This document shows positions 30,407-40,379 of a DNA stretch of 64,000 bases, one piece after another. The notes under the pieces were generated by a model. That model made no database searches. It saw only the letters and a list, made by a program, of their open reading frames with translations, and had not been told where the DNA came from. The stretch covers positions 43,839-107,838 of the forward strand of contig CAJXUY010000018.1 of the NCBI GenBank assembly GCA_913060665.1, read 5' to 3'. Position 1 is the first letter of the stretch. Every line of letters begins with the position of its first letter. Origin of the DNA: an uncultured Oleiphilaceae bacterium. GTDB taxonomy: Bacteria > Pseudomonadota > Gammaproteobacteria > Pseudomonadales > Oleiphilaceae. The position numbers and the translations under genes were made by a program.

Positions 30407-30483
30407 ATTTATCTTAACGTCCTTTAATTCGAAGCTTGTTGTGTGGTGGTCATCTCCGCAGTTTGCGGTGTGAGTGTCATGAG

Positions 30484-31116
30484 CTATTCAATAATATCCA
30501 GCAGGTTAATCTCAAAGACTAATGCGCTACCCCCTGGAATAACCGGAGGCGAACCGGCTTCACCATAGCCAATATCAGCCGGTACGGCGATACGCCATTT
30601 GCTGCCTACTGCCATCATTTTTAAAGCTTCGGTCCAGCCTGGTATGACTTCGCTGAGAGCAAACTCTGCGGGTTCGTTACGGGTCACTGAGCTATCAAAT
30701 ACTTGCCCATTGATAAATGATCCGTGGTAATGAGTACGTACGATTGATGTGGAAGATGGTGTAGCGCCTGAGCCTTCTTCAAGTATTTCATATTGAAGAC
30801 CTGACGCTGTGACGATTACACCATCACGCTTGGCATTCTCTTCAAGAAACTGCTTATTGAGCGCTTTAAGATTTTTAGCTTGGTCTGCTTTGGCCTGCTT
30901 CATTTTGTCTTTGACGGCATCATATGCCTTATCTAATTCCTTGTCATTTAACAAGCTAGGCTGACCTTCGTAGCACTGCTTGACGGCTGTTATAACCGCA
31001 TTAATATCGAGCCCTTCGAAATTATTCTTATGTAGTTGACTCCCAAACTGCCAGCCGAATCCGTAACTGACTTTTTGTTCGTAGCTATCCAGTTTAATTT
31101 CACTCTTGTCGGTCAT
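30484..31116 (-). CDS. fklB: FKBP-type peptidyl-prolyl isomerase FklB
   Basis: 210 aa with no signal peptide. FKBP_N helical region plus an FKBP domain (THYHGSFINGQVFDSS...GWTEAL...VFEINLLDI). Confidence 0.9.
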   Translation of the reverse strand: MTDKSEIKLDSYEQKVSYGFGWQFGSQLHKNNFEGLDINAVITAVKQCYEGQPSLLNDKELDKAYDAVKDKMKQAKADQAKNLKALNKQFLEENAKRDGVIVTASGLQYEILEEGSGATPSSTSIVRTHYHGSFINGQVFDSSVTRNEPAEFALSEVIPGWTEALKMMAVGSKWRIAVPADIGYGEAGSPPVIPGGSALVFEINLLDIIE

Positions 31117-31389
31117 TTGGTAGTCTCTCGTACAGTGCGTATGAAGAGATCTATTCTAACACTGCTTTTCTGATCTGCATAAGTTGCATTTGCGCCCAGA
31201 GAGTTGGTTGTTAGTCGCTCTCCCAAATGAGCGATACTTAACTCTTAGAATTGATCATTCAATTGCAGGCGCTTCTCAGGATGGTATTTGATACGTAATG
31301 TAATTTTAATATGTACTAATTTAAGGTCGGCAGGTTTTGATGCATAAGCTATTCTTTTTGATACTAGTATAAAATTAAGAAAAAAGAGG

Positions 31390-33441
31390 TTGGTTTTGAG
31401 GAAGACAAAGCGAGCAGAGATAAGGTGTTTGTTACTGACCTTATTAACGATCCATGCAGGGGTGGCGTTAGCAGTAGAAGAGGTAGATGAGCAAGTACTC
31501 TCAGCGCTGGAAGAAGAAGTTCTGTGGTTAAAAGAAGAGACATATGTGACTACTGCCACTAAGACCTTCGAAGATATTAAAAAGAGTGGCTCTACGGTTT
31601 CTGTTGTTTCGGCCGATGAGCTTAAGAGTATGGGGGCCCGCACCTTGATGGATGCGTTAAAACGCGTTCCCGGGTTGGGCATCAACCAAGTCAATTTGGG
31701 TACTTCATCGGTTGAAGTTAGAGGTGTTAAAACTGACTTTGGCGAAAAAGTACTATATTAAATTAATGGACATCCTACGAATAACAATTTGGTTAACGGT
31801 GGTGGGCAATCCTCCTATAACAATTTTATTGTCGATGATATTAAAAGGGTAGAGATTGTCCGGGGACCAGGTTCTGCACTATATGGCGCAAATGCATTTA
31901 TTGCTGTTATCAATATCATCACTAAAGATGCATCGGATATAAATGGTGTAGAGCTTTCTGTTGGAGCTGGAAGCTATGAGGCAAAAAAAGCGAATCTTTT
32001 GATCGGAGATGAGTTTGGCGGTTTAGCGCTAGCCACCAATTTTAATGTTTTTGATACTGATGGATTTGAGGGAGATGTTGAATCAGATGCCATAGGTGCT
32101 TCTGGAAAGAGTGACTATTGGGAGCGGCGTTATGATTTTGGGTTTCAGCTGGGTTACGGCAACTATTCGATGCAGGGAAAATATTTAAAACGTCAGAGCG
32201 GGCCTTATTTGAGTGCTAACAATGTGTTGAATGATGATTCCCAGCAGGAGTATATAGAGTACTTTCTTGAGATTGGGCACCTGTTAGCACTGTCTAGCCA
32301 GTTAGAGCTTTCGACCCAATTGTATTTTGACCATTTTCAGTTTGATAATTTGTGGGAAATTTTCCCTGAAGGATATACTGACCCGTCGGGAACAACATAC
32401 CCTGATGGGTTGTTATTACGTAGCCCTGCAGAAAATGAGAAAGCTGGGGTGGAGGTTCAGTTTGACTATCGACTTAATCAGCAGCACAAACTATTGGCAG
32501 GGTTAATGTATGAGCATCAGCGTCAGTACAATGTAGAGCTATGGAGTAACGGTGGGACTGGTTCGTTGCAAAATATCTCTGACATGGCGAATTGGAATGA
32601 TGATCAAAAGAGAGATGTTAGTGCCGTATTCATACAAGATATATGGGACATGCATGAGGATGTTCGGGTAATTGCAGGCGCTCGATATGATGACTATAGC
32701 GATTTTGGGGGCTCATTTAATCCACGACTCAGTCTGACATGGGAGGTTACTGAGAACTATAGCTTAATTACGACTTATGGCTCTGCATTTAGGGCGCCTA
32801 CCTTTGGCGAACTATACAATAAGAATAACCCATCGGTAATCGGTAACCCTAATGTTCAGCCGGAGGAGATTGAAACATTTGAGTTAGGGCTTAATGGCGA
32901 TATAACCAAGCGTACTAACTTTCGGGTTACAGGGTTTAGAAGTGATATTACCAACTTAATTGCACCGACTCCATCAGACACGGCGGTAAATGTCTCAAGT
33001 AATGTGGGTAAGCTAACCGTTAATGGTGTTGAATTAGAGTTTGCTTCAAGGTTTCGTGACGGCTCAGGGGTTGCGCTAAATTACACTTATCAGCATCCGG
33101 TCAATGAGTTGACCAACGAACGAGCGCCAGACGTGCCGCTACATAAAGCTAACGCGTCTTTCAATTATCGTCACTCGAAACACCTCGATGGATTTATTGG
33201 TCTTTTGTACAGAGGTCGTCTAAGTCGAGCTGAAGGCGATGTGCGTGCCGATGTGCCTGATTTTGTGACCTTAGATTTTGCTGTCACCTGGAAAAACTAC
33301 ATTGAAAATCTGGAAGTTCAAGCGTCGGTGTATAACTTAACGGACAAACAGTATTTTGACCCGTCACCTTCAGGGGTCATGTTATCTGACTACCCTAAAC
33401 CCGGCAGAAATCTCATGGTAGAGCTGAGTTACAAAATTTAA
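31390..33441 (+). pseudogene. TonB-dependent receptor interrupted by one in-frame TAA
   Basis: Track ORFs 31390-31761 and 31789-33441 are in the same frame. The sequence reads ...VEVRGVKTDFGEKVLY-TAA-INGHPTNNNLVNGG...VEIVRGPGSALYGANAF (plug domain), followed by a full beta-barrel. The stop sits where receptors normally have Leu (TTA). Confidence 0.8.
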
Positions 33442-33475
33442 ACAGCGATAGAAACCCCTCTCATGGAGAATAAAA

Positions 33476-34633
33476 ATGCGCAAATTAGACAAAACTGCAG
33501 TAATAAAGGTTGCAAAAGGCGCCTGCTTTTTGGGCAGTGGAGGAGGGGGGCCGCTGTCGATAACTCCTGCGATCATAGAAAACATTTTTAATATTACGGA
33601 CACCATTACCGTTGTGGATATATCTGAGGTTCCCGATGATGCGGGGGTCGCAATATCAGCAGGAATGGGGTCCCCACAAGGTGCTGCAGGCATGACTTTT
33701 GATACTGCACCGAGTGCAGCATTTGATACCGTTGCCAATACGTATGGCAAGCTTAGTTATGTGGCTGCGATTGAAGTGGGGGCTGCGAACAGCGTTATAC
33801 CAATGTTGGTGGCGGCGCATAATAATATTCCATTAGTTGATGCCAACGGGGCAGGAAGAGCTGTGCCAACATTATCATCAACAACTTTTGCTCAAGCGGG
33901 TATACCGGCCACACCTGCAGTGCTATCAGCGGTTGGTGTAAAGGGAAACCCGGTTGTGGTTTGTCCAAGTGGAGATAGTGCGGAAGAGGTCGAAGAATGG
34001 GCGCAAAAGGTCTTGACGACTAACCCAGACTTTTCACAACATAAGGCTGGTGCAGTCGCCTTATGGCCTTTTAGCGGGGAAAAACTCAAACAGGGAGCAG
34101 GGGCGACAGCGACCGCAATAGGAGGTTCACTGGTGCTTGCAGAGAATATCGGAGAGGCATTGGACTCACCCACCCCGATAGACAGTGTTACAGAAGTTCT
34201 TAAGGGGACGGGCTGCAAGTATCAATATCTTGGGACAGGAAAAGTAATAACGGTTAAAGAAGAGTCTGTAGGGGCGTTAGATGGCGGTATCGTTGAAGTA
34301 GCGATGGACGATGGGGTTATGGAACTGCCCTATTTAAACGAATTTTTAGGCGCGTTTAATTGGGATTCAGAAAATCCGACTTATATATTAGGGCCGGATA
34401 TGATTTGCTGTATGACGCCAGATGGAGAGCCGCTATCTAACCCCTCTATCAAAAGTAAGTTTGAAGATAGCGGCTCTTTTGACATGGCTATTTTTTCAAT
34501 TCAAGCCTCTGCGCCCATTCGAAATAAAGCAATGTTTGACCTTTTTGCCTCCCATATTAAAACTCTATATCCCGCTTTCAGTGGCGGATATCAGCAGCCA
34601 GGAACGCTGACGATGAAATGGGCGTGGGCGTAA
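33476..34633 (+). CDS. DUF917 family protein
   Basis: 385 aa with a GGAG RBS. The N-terminal ...KGACFLGSGGGGPLS matches the DUF917 GGGG motif. Length is typical. Confidence 0.7.
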   Translation: MRKLDKTAVIKVAKGACFLGSGGGGPLSITPAIIENIFNITDTITVVDISEVPDDAGVAISAGMGSPQGAAGMTFDTAPSAAFDTVANTYGKLSYVAAIEVGAANSVIPMLVAAHNNIPLVDANGAGRAVPTLSSTTFAQAGIPATPAVLSAVGVKGNPVVVCPSGDSAEEVEEWAQKVLTTNPDFSQHKAGAVALWPFSGEKLKQGAGATATAIGGSLVLAENIGEALDSPTPIDSVTEVLKGTGCKYQYLGTGKVITVKEESVGALDGGIVEVAMDDGVMELPYLNEFLGAFNWDSENPTYILGPDMICCMTPDGEPLSNPSIKSKFEDSGSFDMAIFSIQASAPIRNKAMFDLFASHIKTLYPAFSGGYQQPGTLTMKWAWA

Positions 34634-34687
34634 TATAGATAGCGCACTTGGCGTTAAGGAGAATAATGCGGATTATTCTCCTTTCGG

Positions 34688-35653
34688 TTACTCTTCTACA
34701 ATATAATTTACGGAATCCAGTGCATTACTGTTAAGTTTGATGCTGTACGCTTGCACTCGTTTAAGATTAAGAGAAATGCTGCTACCTGCAGGAAATTTAA
34801 TGGAGGTTTGCTCGCTACTGTTGAGTCGGTTGTTCATCATTAACGCAGCCTGGCGCCCGGTAGTGGCAATATCTGCGGAAATACTTAGAACAGCGCCCAT
34901 ATTTACAAAAACAGGGTTATATGAAAATACCGCTGTCTGGTGACTGTGCGCGATTTCAAATAGTTGTTTAGCGCTGTCGGCCGACCCTAAAACGGTTGAG
35001 TCCGATACAAGCCATAATGCATCGACATTGGGCAGCAGATTGTCTGTGTGAGCGGATAGGTTGGCGCTCGAGGCAACTTCTTCTGCTATTAGTTTAATCG
35101 ATAATTTCTCTGCTGCTTTTGAGGCTTCTTGTATTAATTTACGGTTGTGGGCGCTATACAATACACCCACCTTTTTTATCTCTGGGAAAAAGTACTTAAA
35201 CCATGCGAATTGAGCCTCGGCAGGTACTTCACTAGCGATACCTGAATAGTGAGGTTGGTTAATAAAACGTCGCCAATTCAGTACAGAGCTGAAAAACACG
35301 GGTGCCTCTGGGTCTATATAATCAATAGAACCTAATGCTTTGGCACCTATACAAAAGATTGCGTCATAATGCTGTTGGTTGAGTACGTCTAGTATTGTGT
35401 CTATCGGAGCATTGTCTTTGTCCAGATCGATAGCGGTCACGGTTTGAGTGTTGTCTGAGGCTGTCGTTTTCAGTGTTTCGAGAAAAGCGTCTTGAGAGAT
35501 TCTATAGCGATCTAGCGATTGGTTAGTGTTGATCACAAGAATATTGTTAACACTCGATGGGTTAATGATCGCTGTAGCGTCAGGTGTTGGAGTCTGTGCG
35601 CAAGAGACAACCAGCAGTGTAAGGCATAGATATAGCATACGCTTTAAGTTCAT
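34688..35653 (-). CDS. ABC_sub_bind-type (PF04392-like) periplasmic binding lipoprotein, no cognate transporter
   Basis: Lipobox LLVVSCAQ. The overall pattern (...IKKVGVLYSAHN...DALWLVSDSTV...FVNMGAVLSISAD...) is typical of the family. Confidence 0.75.
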   Translation of the reverse strand: MNLKRMLYLCLTLLVVSCAQTPTPDATAIINPSSVNNILVINTNQSLDRYRISQDAFLETLKTTASDNTQTVTAIDLDKDNAPIDTILDVLNQQHYDAIFCIGAKALGSIDYIDPEAPVFFSSVLNWRRFINQPHYSGIASEVPAEAQFAWFKYFFPEIKKVGVLYSAHNRKLIQEASKAAEKLSIKLIAEEVASSANLSAHTDNLLPNVDALWLVSDSTVLGSADSAKQLFEIAHSHQTAVFSYNPVFVNMGAVLSISADIATTGRQAALMMNNRLNSSEQTSIKFPAGSSISLNLKRVQAYSIKLNSNALDSVNYIVEE

Positions 35654-36459
35654 TGCGTTGGCCTCCCTTTTATATCACGTTTTTCGTCCAGCGACTGCCA
35701 ACCATTCAGGCCGAGAATGTGCAGGGCTTGCAGTCCTTTATTACTCTTACTCATATCGTTTAGTGCTGCGATAGCGTCTGCTTTTACAGATGACTCCGCC
35801 TTATGATGAATAACCAGCAGTCGCTTAAGTGGTCGGCTATTGCCTAAAATATGCAGTTGTTGGTGTTGAGCCTTATACAGAGTTGATAGCGTCTCTAGAC
35901 TTAGTTCGCTCGCGAGTGCGGCATCTGCTAAGCCAAACCCTACAGCCATTAGGGCATCTATGTCTTTTGGTACCAGCAGGAATTTCGGTTTGTCGAGCTG
36001 CTTTGGTGTATGGTTGGGATAGATGTCTGCCAGAATAGACTGAGAGAAGGGGACGCTACCTGACGTTGCTATAGTCATTGTTTCAGGGGGCGTGTTGGTA
36101 TTTTTTACGACGAGAAATTTTCGGTAGGTATCGCTCCCATTCTTCACCCCTCTTAACACAGGGTTCGTCGGGGCAGATTGCTCTTTTAATTGATCAAAAT
36201 GCCAGTTCGAAATGATAAAAATTGCATTTTTATCATTTTGTATCAGGCCTTCTATCGTGTCTCTACTATCGACCGGTTGAAATTGAAACTTGCCTTTTTC
36301 TTTAAGGTATTGATCAAACACTGTTTTTAGAACGACATTGCGTGTGGTGTTAATTTCTGGGTTGTAGAAATAAATAGTGAGTGACTGTTGGCTTAATGCA
36401 GCAGAAGGCACTCCTAGAATTAAGAGTGTTAAAAGCGCAATGCGGATCACTTTACGCAA
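35650..36459 (-). CDS. PhnD/SsuA-like periplasmic substrate-binding protein
   Basis: Its stop overlaps the next start (ATGA). A TTG at 36459 gives M-RKVIRIALLTLLILGVPSAALSQ, a signal peptide. The track start at 36603 would overlap the divergent regulator gene. Confidence 0.65.
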   Translation of the reverse strand: MRKVIRIALLTLLILGVPSAALSQQSLTIYFYNPEINTTRNVVLKTVFDQYLKEKGKFQFQPVDSRDTIEGLIQNDKNAIFIISNWHFDQLKEQSAPTNPVLRGVKNGSDTYRKFLVVKNTNTPPETMTIATSGSVPFSQSILADIYPNHTPKQLDKPKFLLVPKDIDALMAVGFGLADAALASELSLETLSTLYKAQHQQLHILGNSRPLKRLLVIHHKAESSVKADAIAALNDMSKSNKGLQALHILGLNGWQSLDEKRDIKGRPTQ

Positions 36460-36565
36460 TGGGGAATTAAGTTTCAGTGTACGAGTACTGAACAATTTTG
36501 CTCTTCTTATTATGGTTTTATGGTCTATTATGTAATGATTGTAGGCTATTTCTGTCGGTAGTTGA

Positions 36566-36961
36566 ATGAGTAAACCTTTCATATTGTGCGTAGACGATGA
36601 CAAAACAATATTAATGAGCCTGAGAGCGCAGTTAAGATACTGTTTAGGATCAGAATTTTGTTATGAAGTTGCAGAGAGTGCTGAAGAAGCATGGGAAGTT
36701 ATTAATGAGATATTTGAGTCGGGAGATCACCTTGCGGTGGTGATCTCTGACTGTTTGATGCCCAAAGTTAAAGGCGATGAGTTTTTGATTGCGGTGCACG
36801 AAAAATACCCTAAAGTGGTAAAAATGATGCTAACAGGCCATGCAGATGAAGAGGTTATTGATCGCGTTAATAAAAAAGCCAATCTCGCGGCTTGTTTAAC
36901 AAAACCCTGGAGTAAAGAAAAACTCGTGAATACCATTAAATTGGCATTGGTGGACAAGTGA
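36566..36961 (+). CDS. Single-domain response regulator (REC only)
   Basis: ILCVDDDKTIL ... VISDCLMPKVKGDEF ... LTKPWSKEKL carries the receiver-domain acidic pocket, phospho-Asp and conserved Lys. Confidence 0.88.
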   Translation: MSKPFILCVDDDKTILMSLRAQLRYCLGSEFCYEVAESAEEAWEVINEIFESGDHLAVVISDCLMPKVKGDEFLIAVHEKYPKVVKMMLTGHADEEVIDRVNKKANLAACLTKPWSKEKLVNTIKLALVDK

Positions 36962-38451
36962 GCAGGCCCGTTATTCTTTGTGTTGATGATGAGCGCATCA
37001 TCCTGAGTAGTTTAAAAAGTCAATTGATGAATAATTTGGGGGATACCTACCAAATCGAGCTGGCAGAAAGTGGTGAAGAGGCGCTGGAGATTCTCGACGA
37101 GCTAATTAAAAGCCAAGTAGAGATACCGCTGGTCATTGCAGACCAGATAATGGGAGGTATGTATGGCGATGAGGTATTAGCCAGAATTAAAACAATACTG
37201 CCAAGCATCTACGGAATCATGCTGACAGGTCAAGCAACCGCAGAGTCGGTGGGTGAAGCGGTAAACAAAGCGGGTCTATTTCGTTATATCTCAAAACCAT
37301 GGGATGAAGAAGACCTAGTCTTGACCATCAAAACGGGTTTGCGTAGTTATTATGACCAAAAGTCGCTACTGAAGCAGGAGTGCTACCAGAGTATTCTTAA
37401 CCAAATATTGAAATTGGTTATTACAGCGGTCTCATTCGAAGAACAATTATCACAAGCGTTAAGCATTATCTTATCAGCGCGATGTTTTACTTCACTGACT
37501 AAAGGATCTATTTATACTGTTGATCTGGAGCAGGCAGACCTTGAATGGTCGACTAGGGTTGCGCCTGACATGGTGTTGGTTTCTCAGTTGAATGAAGGTG
37601 AAGTGCCAGAAAGTCTGCTTGAGCATTCTGAAACGGACGGTGTTGAGTTAATCACTGAAACGGCTAATATCAGATACTATAGGGCGCCTATAATTCTCCA
37701 GCGGCAAGTGGTAGGCGTGCTATTTATATACATCGATATCGCCCATGATGATGGGCCGCAAACCAGAGAGTTTCTATCCTCTGTAGGTCATACGTTGGCA
37801 GGTATGATTCGCATATCCCAATACAACAGAGCGCTTGAAAAACACAGTCTCGAACTTGAAAAGCTCGTCGAAAAACGTACTCGTGAACTACATCAGGCAT
37901 TGAGAAAGCAGGAGCAGCTAAATGATATATTTCTCGAAGCGAACAAAAAACTCGATTACTTCGCAACCACTGATGAGTTAACTAAGTTAATGAACCGACG
38001 CTGTTTTTTTGAAAGAGCTGATGGCGAAGCTTCCAGAGCAAACCGTTATGGACGAAAAGCATTATTAGCGATACTGGATGTGGACTTTTTCAAAGAGGTC
38101 AATGATAAATTCGGTCATCAAGTGGGGGATGCAGTTTTGGCTAAGGTTGCCAACGTGATTGTTGAGACCATTCGTGAACATGATTTTATTGGTCGCATAG
38201 GCGGTGAGGAGTTTGGCTTGTTAATGCCTGAAACCAGTTTAGAAGACGGCAAAGAGCTCTGTGAACGGGTACGCTTAGCGATCGCATCGACTAAGGTGAT
38301 GATCGGGTCTCACTGTATTTCTGTGAGTGCCAGTATGGGGATCTCTGAAGTAAAGGAGGAGGAGTCTACGATTGGTTGTGCGATGATCAGAGCTGATCAG
38401 GCACTGTATGACTCTAAGCACAAAGGGCGAAACCTAATTTCGTTGAATTAA
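36958..38451 (+). CDS. Response regulator - GAF-like - GGDEF diguanylate cyclase
   Basis: The GTG start overlaps the upstream stop (GTGA). REC (ILCVDDERIIL...VIADQIMGGMYGDE...ISKPWDEEDL), a central region of about 170 aa, then GGDEF with an intact active site RIGGEEFGLL. Confidence 0.88.
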   Translation: MSRPVILCVDDERIILSSLKSQLMNNLGDTYQIELAESGEEALEILDELIKSQVEIPLVIADQIMGGMYGDEVLARIKTILPSIYGIMLTGQATAESVGEAVNKAGLFRYISKPWDEEDLVLTIKTGLRSYYDQKSLLKQECYQSILNQILKLVITAVSFEEQLSQALSIILSARCFTSLTKGSIYTVDLEQADLEWSTRVAPDMVLVSQLNEGEVPESLLEHSETDGVELITETANIRYYRAPIILQRQVVGVLFIYIDIAHDDGPQTREFLSSVGHTLAGMIRISQYNRALEKHSLELEKLVEKRTRELHQALRKQEQLNDIFLEANKKLDYFATTDELTKLMNRRCFFERADGEASRANRYGRKALLAILDVDFFKEVNDKFGHQVGDAVLAKVANVIVETIREHDFIGRIGGEEFGLLMPETSLEDGKELCERVRLAIASTKVMIGSHCISVSASMGISEVKEEESTIGCAMIRADQALYDSKHKGRNLISLN

Positions 38452-38470
38452 GGCTTTTGAAGATGGATCT

Positions 38471-40369
38471 ATGGGATACCACAGAGTGACAGTAGGGATA
38501 CGCGGCAAGCTATTACTAATAACCGGTGTAGTAGTGTTTATTGCACTGGTGATATTGACTTCTCTGCAGGTATCGTTGCAGCGGGAAGCATTTGAGGTAG
38601 AGTTGGAAAAACGAACCGCGTTGATGAAAGAAAATTTGTATCAGCGGGCGATTGCTCAGGCCGAAACACTAGAACGCTTAGTCGTTGAAGATATCGCTTC
38701 TTATAACTTACTCTCTCTTACCCATAGCGTGCAGCATACCGCTGAAAGTACTCAGGATCTGGATTACATCGTTATTCTGGATAATGATAATAAAGTGTAT
38801 GTACATACCGCAGACGCATCGCAACAGCAACAAAGCTATGTCGAGCCAGAAGGGAGTGAGTTAGCAAAAACGGCTACCCGTAAAGGTCATATCATAGTGT
38901 TGCTGGGAGATAAATACACCGAAAGATTAATGGTTTACAGGCTCCCTCTCAGTATAGGCTCTTCACAATGGGGTAATATGTTGTTGGGTTATTCCCTCAC
39001 ACGACTCAATCAGCAAGTGTTGTTATCCCAGCAGGAGAATGAGCAGCGATTGAGTGATTTAGCGGTTAGGACATCATTTTTAGGTATTGTCGTTCTACTC
39101 ATGGCTTATTTCTTGATATCTCAGCTATCTCTGCGCCTTGTTACACCTATTGTCACCCTGAGTCGCTTCGCAAAAGATCTGTCCGAGGGGGATTTTTCAA
39201 ATACAGACAAAATTACTTCAGATGCTAAAGATGAAGTGGGTGCGTTAACCCGAAATTTCGCTTATATGGCTGTTAGAGTAGAAACTAGTCGTAAGCAGCA
39301 AGCAGAATATAACCAGACGCTTGAAACAGAAGTAAACCAGCGAACGGAAGAAATAAACTTAAAAAATGGAGAGTTAAGGCGAGCCCTTACAGAACTGGAG
39401 GAAAGCCAACAGCAGCTTATTCACTCCGAAAAGATGGCGGCATTAGGCCAGTTAATTGCGGGTATTGCTCACGAAATTAATACACCTTTAGGAGCGATAA
39501 AAGCGTCGGTTGGCAATACGTCGAAATATCTGTCGCTGTTTACTGAGGGTCTTTCTGACTTTCTTGAGTCAGCGAGCTCGGATGACAAAGCATTGTTGTG
39601 TGATCTTATCTCACATGCCCGGCATGAAAGGGTCAGTAGTACTCGTGAAGAGCGTAAAATAAAGCGGAAGATCATGAGTATTCTTGATGAGCACAATATC
39701 GATAGAAGCGATGAAATAGCGGATATGCTGGTCGATATGGACCTCAGTGACCATTTGCCTCGAATGCTAGCGGCACTGACTGCATCGTCGGCGTTTAATG
39801 TGTTGGCGTTGGCCCACCGCCTAACGGGTATTGGACGTAATAGTGATACGGTTAGAACTGCCATAGGTAGAGCGTCAAAGGTTGTGTTTGCGTTGAAAAA
39901 TTTTGCTCACCATGACATGTCGGGGCAAATGATATCAAGTGACATTAATCAGGGTATTCAAACAGTACTGGTGCTTTATCAGAGTCTTTTGAAGCAGGGT
40001 TGTGAGGTCATTGAACATTTTGGCGAACTACCTCTGATAGCCTGTTACCCAGATGAGCTGAACCAAGTGTGGACCAACCTAATTCATAACGCCTTGTATG
40101 CAATGGAAAACAGCGGCACGTTGACGATAAGGACGTTACTTGAAGATGATATTATAAAGGTAACGATTACTGATAATGGCGAGGGTATTCCTGAAGATAT
40201 TCAATCGAAAATATATGAATCCTTCTTTACGACTAAACCTGCAGGAGAGGGCAGTGGCTTAGGGTTGGGGATTTGTAAGCGAATCATTGATAAGCATCAG
40301 GGTTCCATGGCGTTTACCAGTCGACCGGGAGAGACTACGTTTGTAGTAACCCTCCCCGTTGCTCAATGA
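38471..40369 (+). CDS. Sensor histidine kinase (periplasmic domain - HAMP - HisKA - HATPase)
   Basis: TM helix, a periplasmic region of about 170 aa, a second TM helix, HAMP (DEVGALTRNFAYMAV), H-box IAGIAHEINTPLGAI, then N/G boxes (NLIHNALYAM, DNGEGIP, GSGLGLGI). Confidence 0.88.
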   Translation: MGYHRVTVGIRGKLLLITGVVVFIALVILTSLQVSLQREAFEVELEKRTALMKENLYQRAIAQAETLERLVVEDIASYNLLSLTHSVQHTAESTQDLDYIVILDNDNKVYVHTADASQQQQSYVEPEGSELAKTATRKGHIIVLLGDKYTERLMVYRLPLSIGSSQWGNMLLGYSLTRLNQQVLLSQQENEQRLSDLAVRTSFLGIVVLLMAYFLISQLSLRLVTPIVTLSRFAKDLSEGDFSNTDKITSDAKDEVGALTRNFAYMAVRVETSRKQQAEYNQTLETEVNQRTEEINLKNGELRRALTELEESQQQLIHSEKMAALGQLIAGIAHEINTPLGAIKASVGNTSKYLSLFTEGLSDFLESASSDDKALLCDLISHARHERVSSTREERKIKRKIMSILDEHNIDRSDEIADMLVDMDLSDHLPRMLAALTASSAFNVLALAHRLTGIGRNSDTVRTAIGRASKVVFALKNFAHHDMSGQMISSDINQGIQTVLVLYQSLLKQGCEVIEHFGELPLIACYPDELNQVWTNLIHNALYAMENSGTLTIRTLLEDDIIKVTITDNGEGIPEDIQSKIYESFFTTKPAGEGSGLGLGICKRIIDKHQGSMAFTSRPGETTFVVTLPVAQ

Positions 40370-40379
40370 GTGCCTAGAT

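Noticed and set aside
31268-31300. Possible Fur box (TTGATACGTAATGTAATTTTA) upstream of the TonB-dependent receptor
   Set aside because: It matches only about 10 of 19 positions of GATAATGATAATCATTATC. I also found no B12-box (GCCACTG), so no cobalamin riboswitch either.
31245-31694. 149-aa minus-strand ORF overlapping the start of the TonB-dependent receptor
   Set aside because: It is antisense to the receptor signal peptide and plug, Ser-rich, and has no RBS. Shadow ORF.
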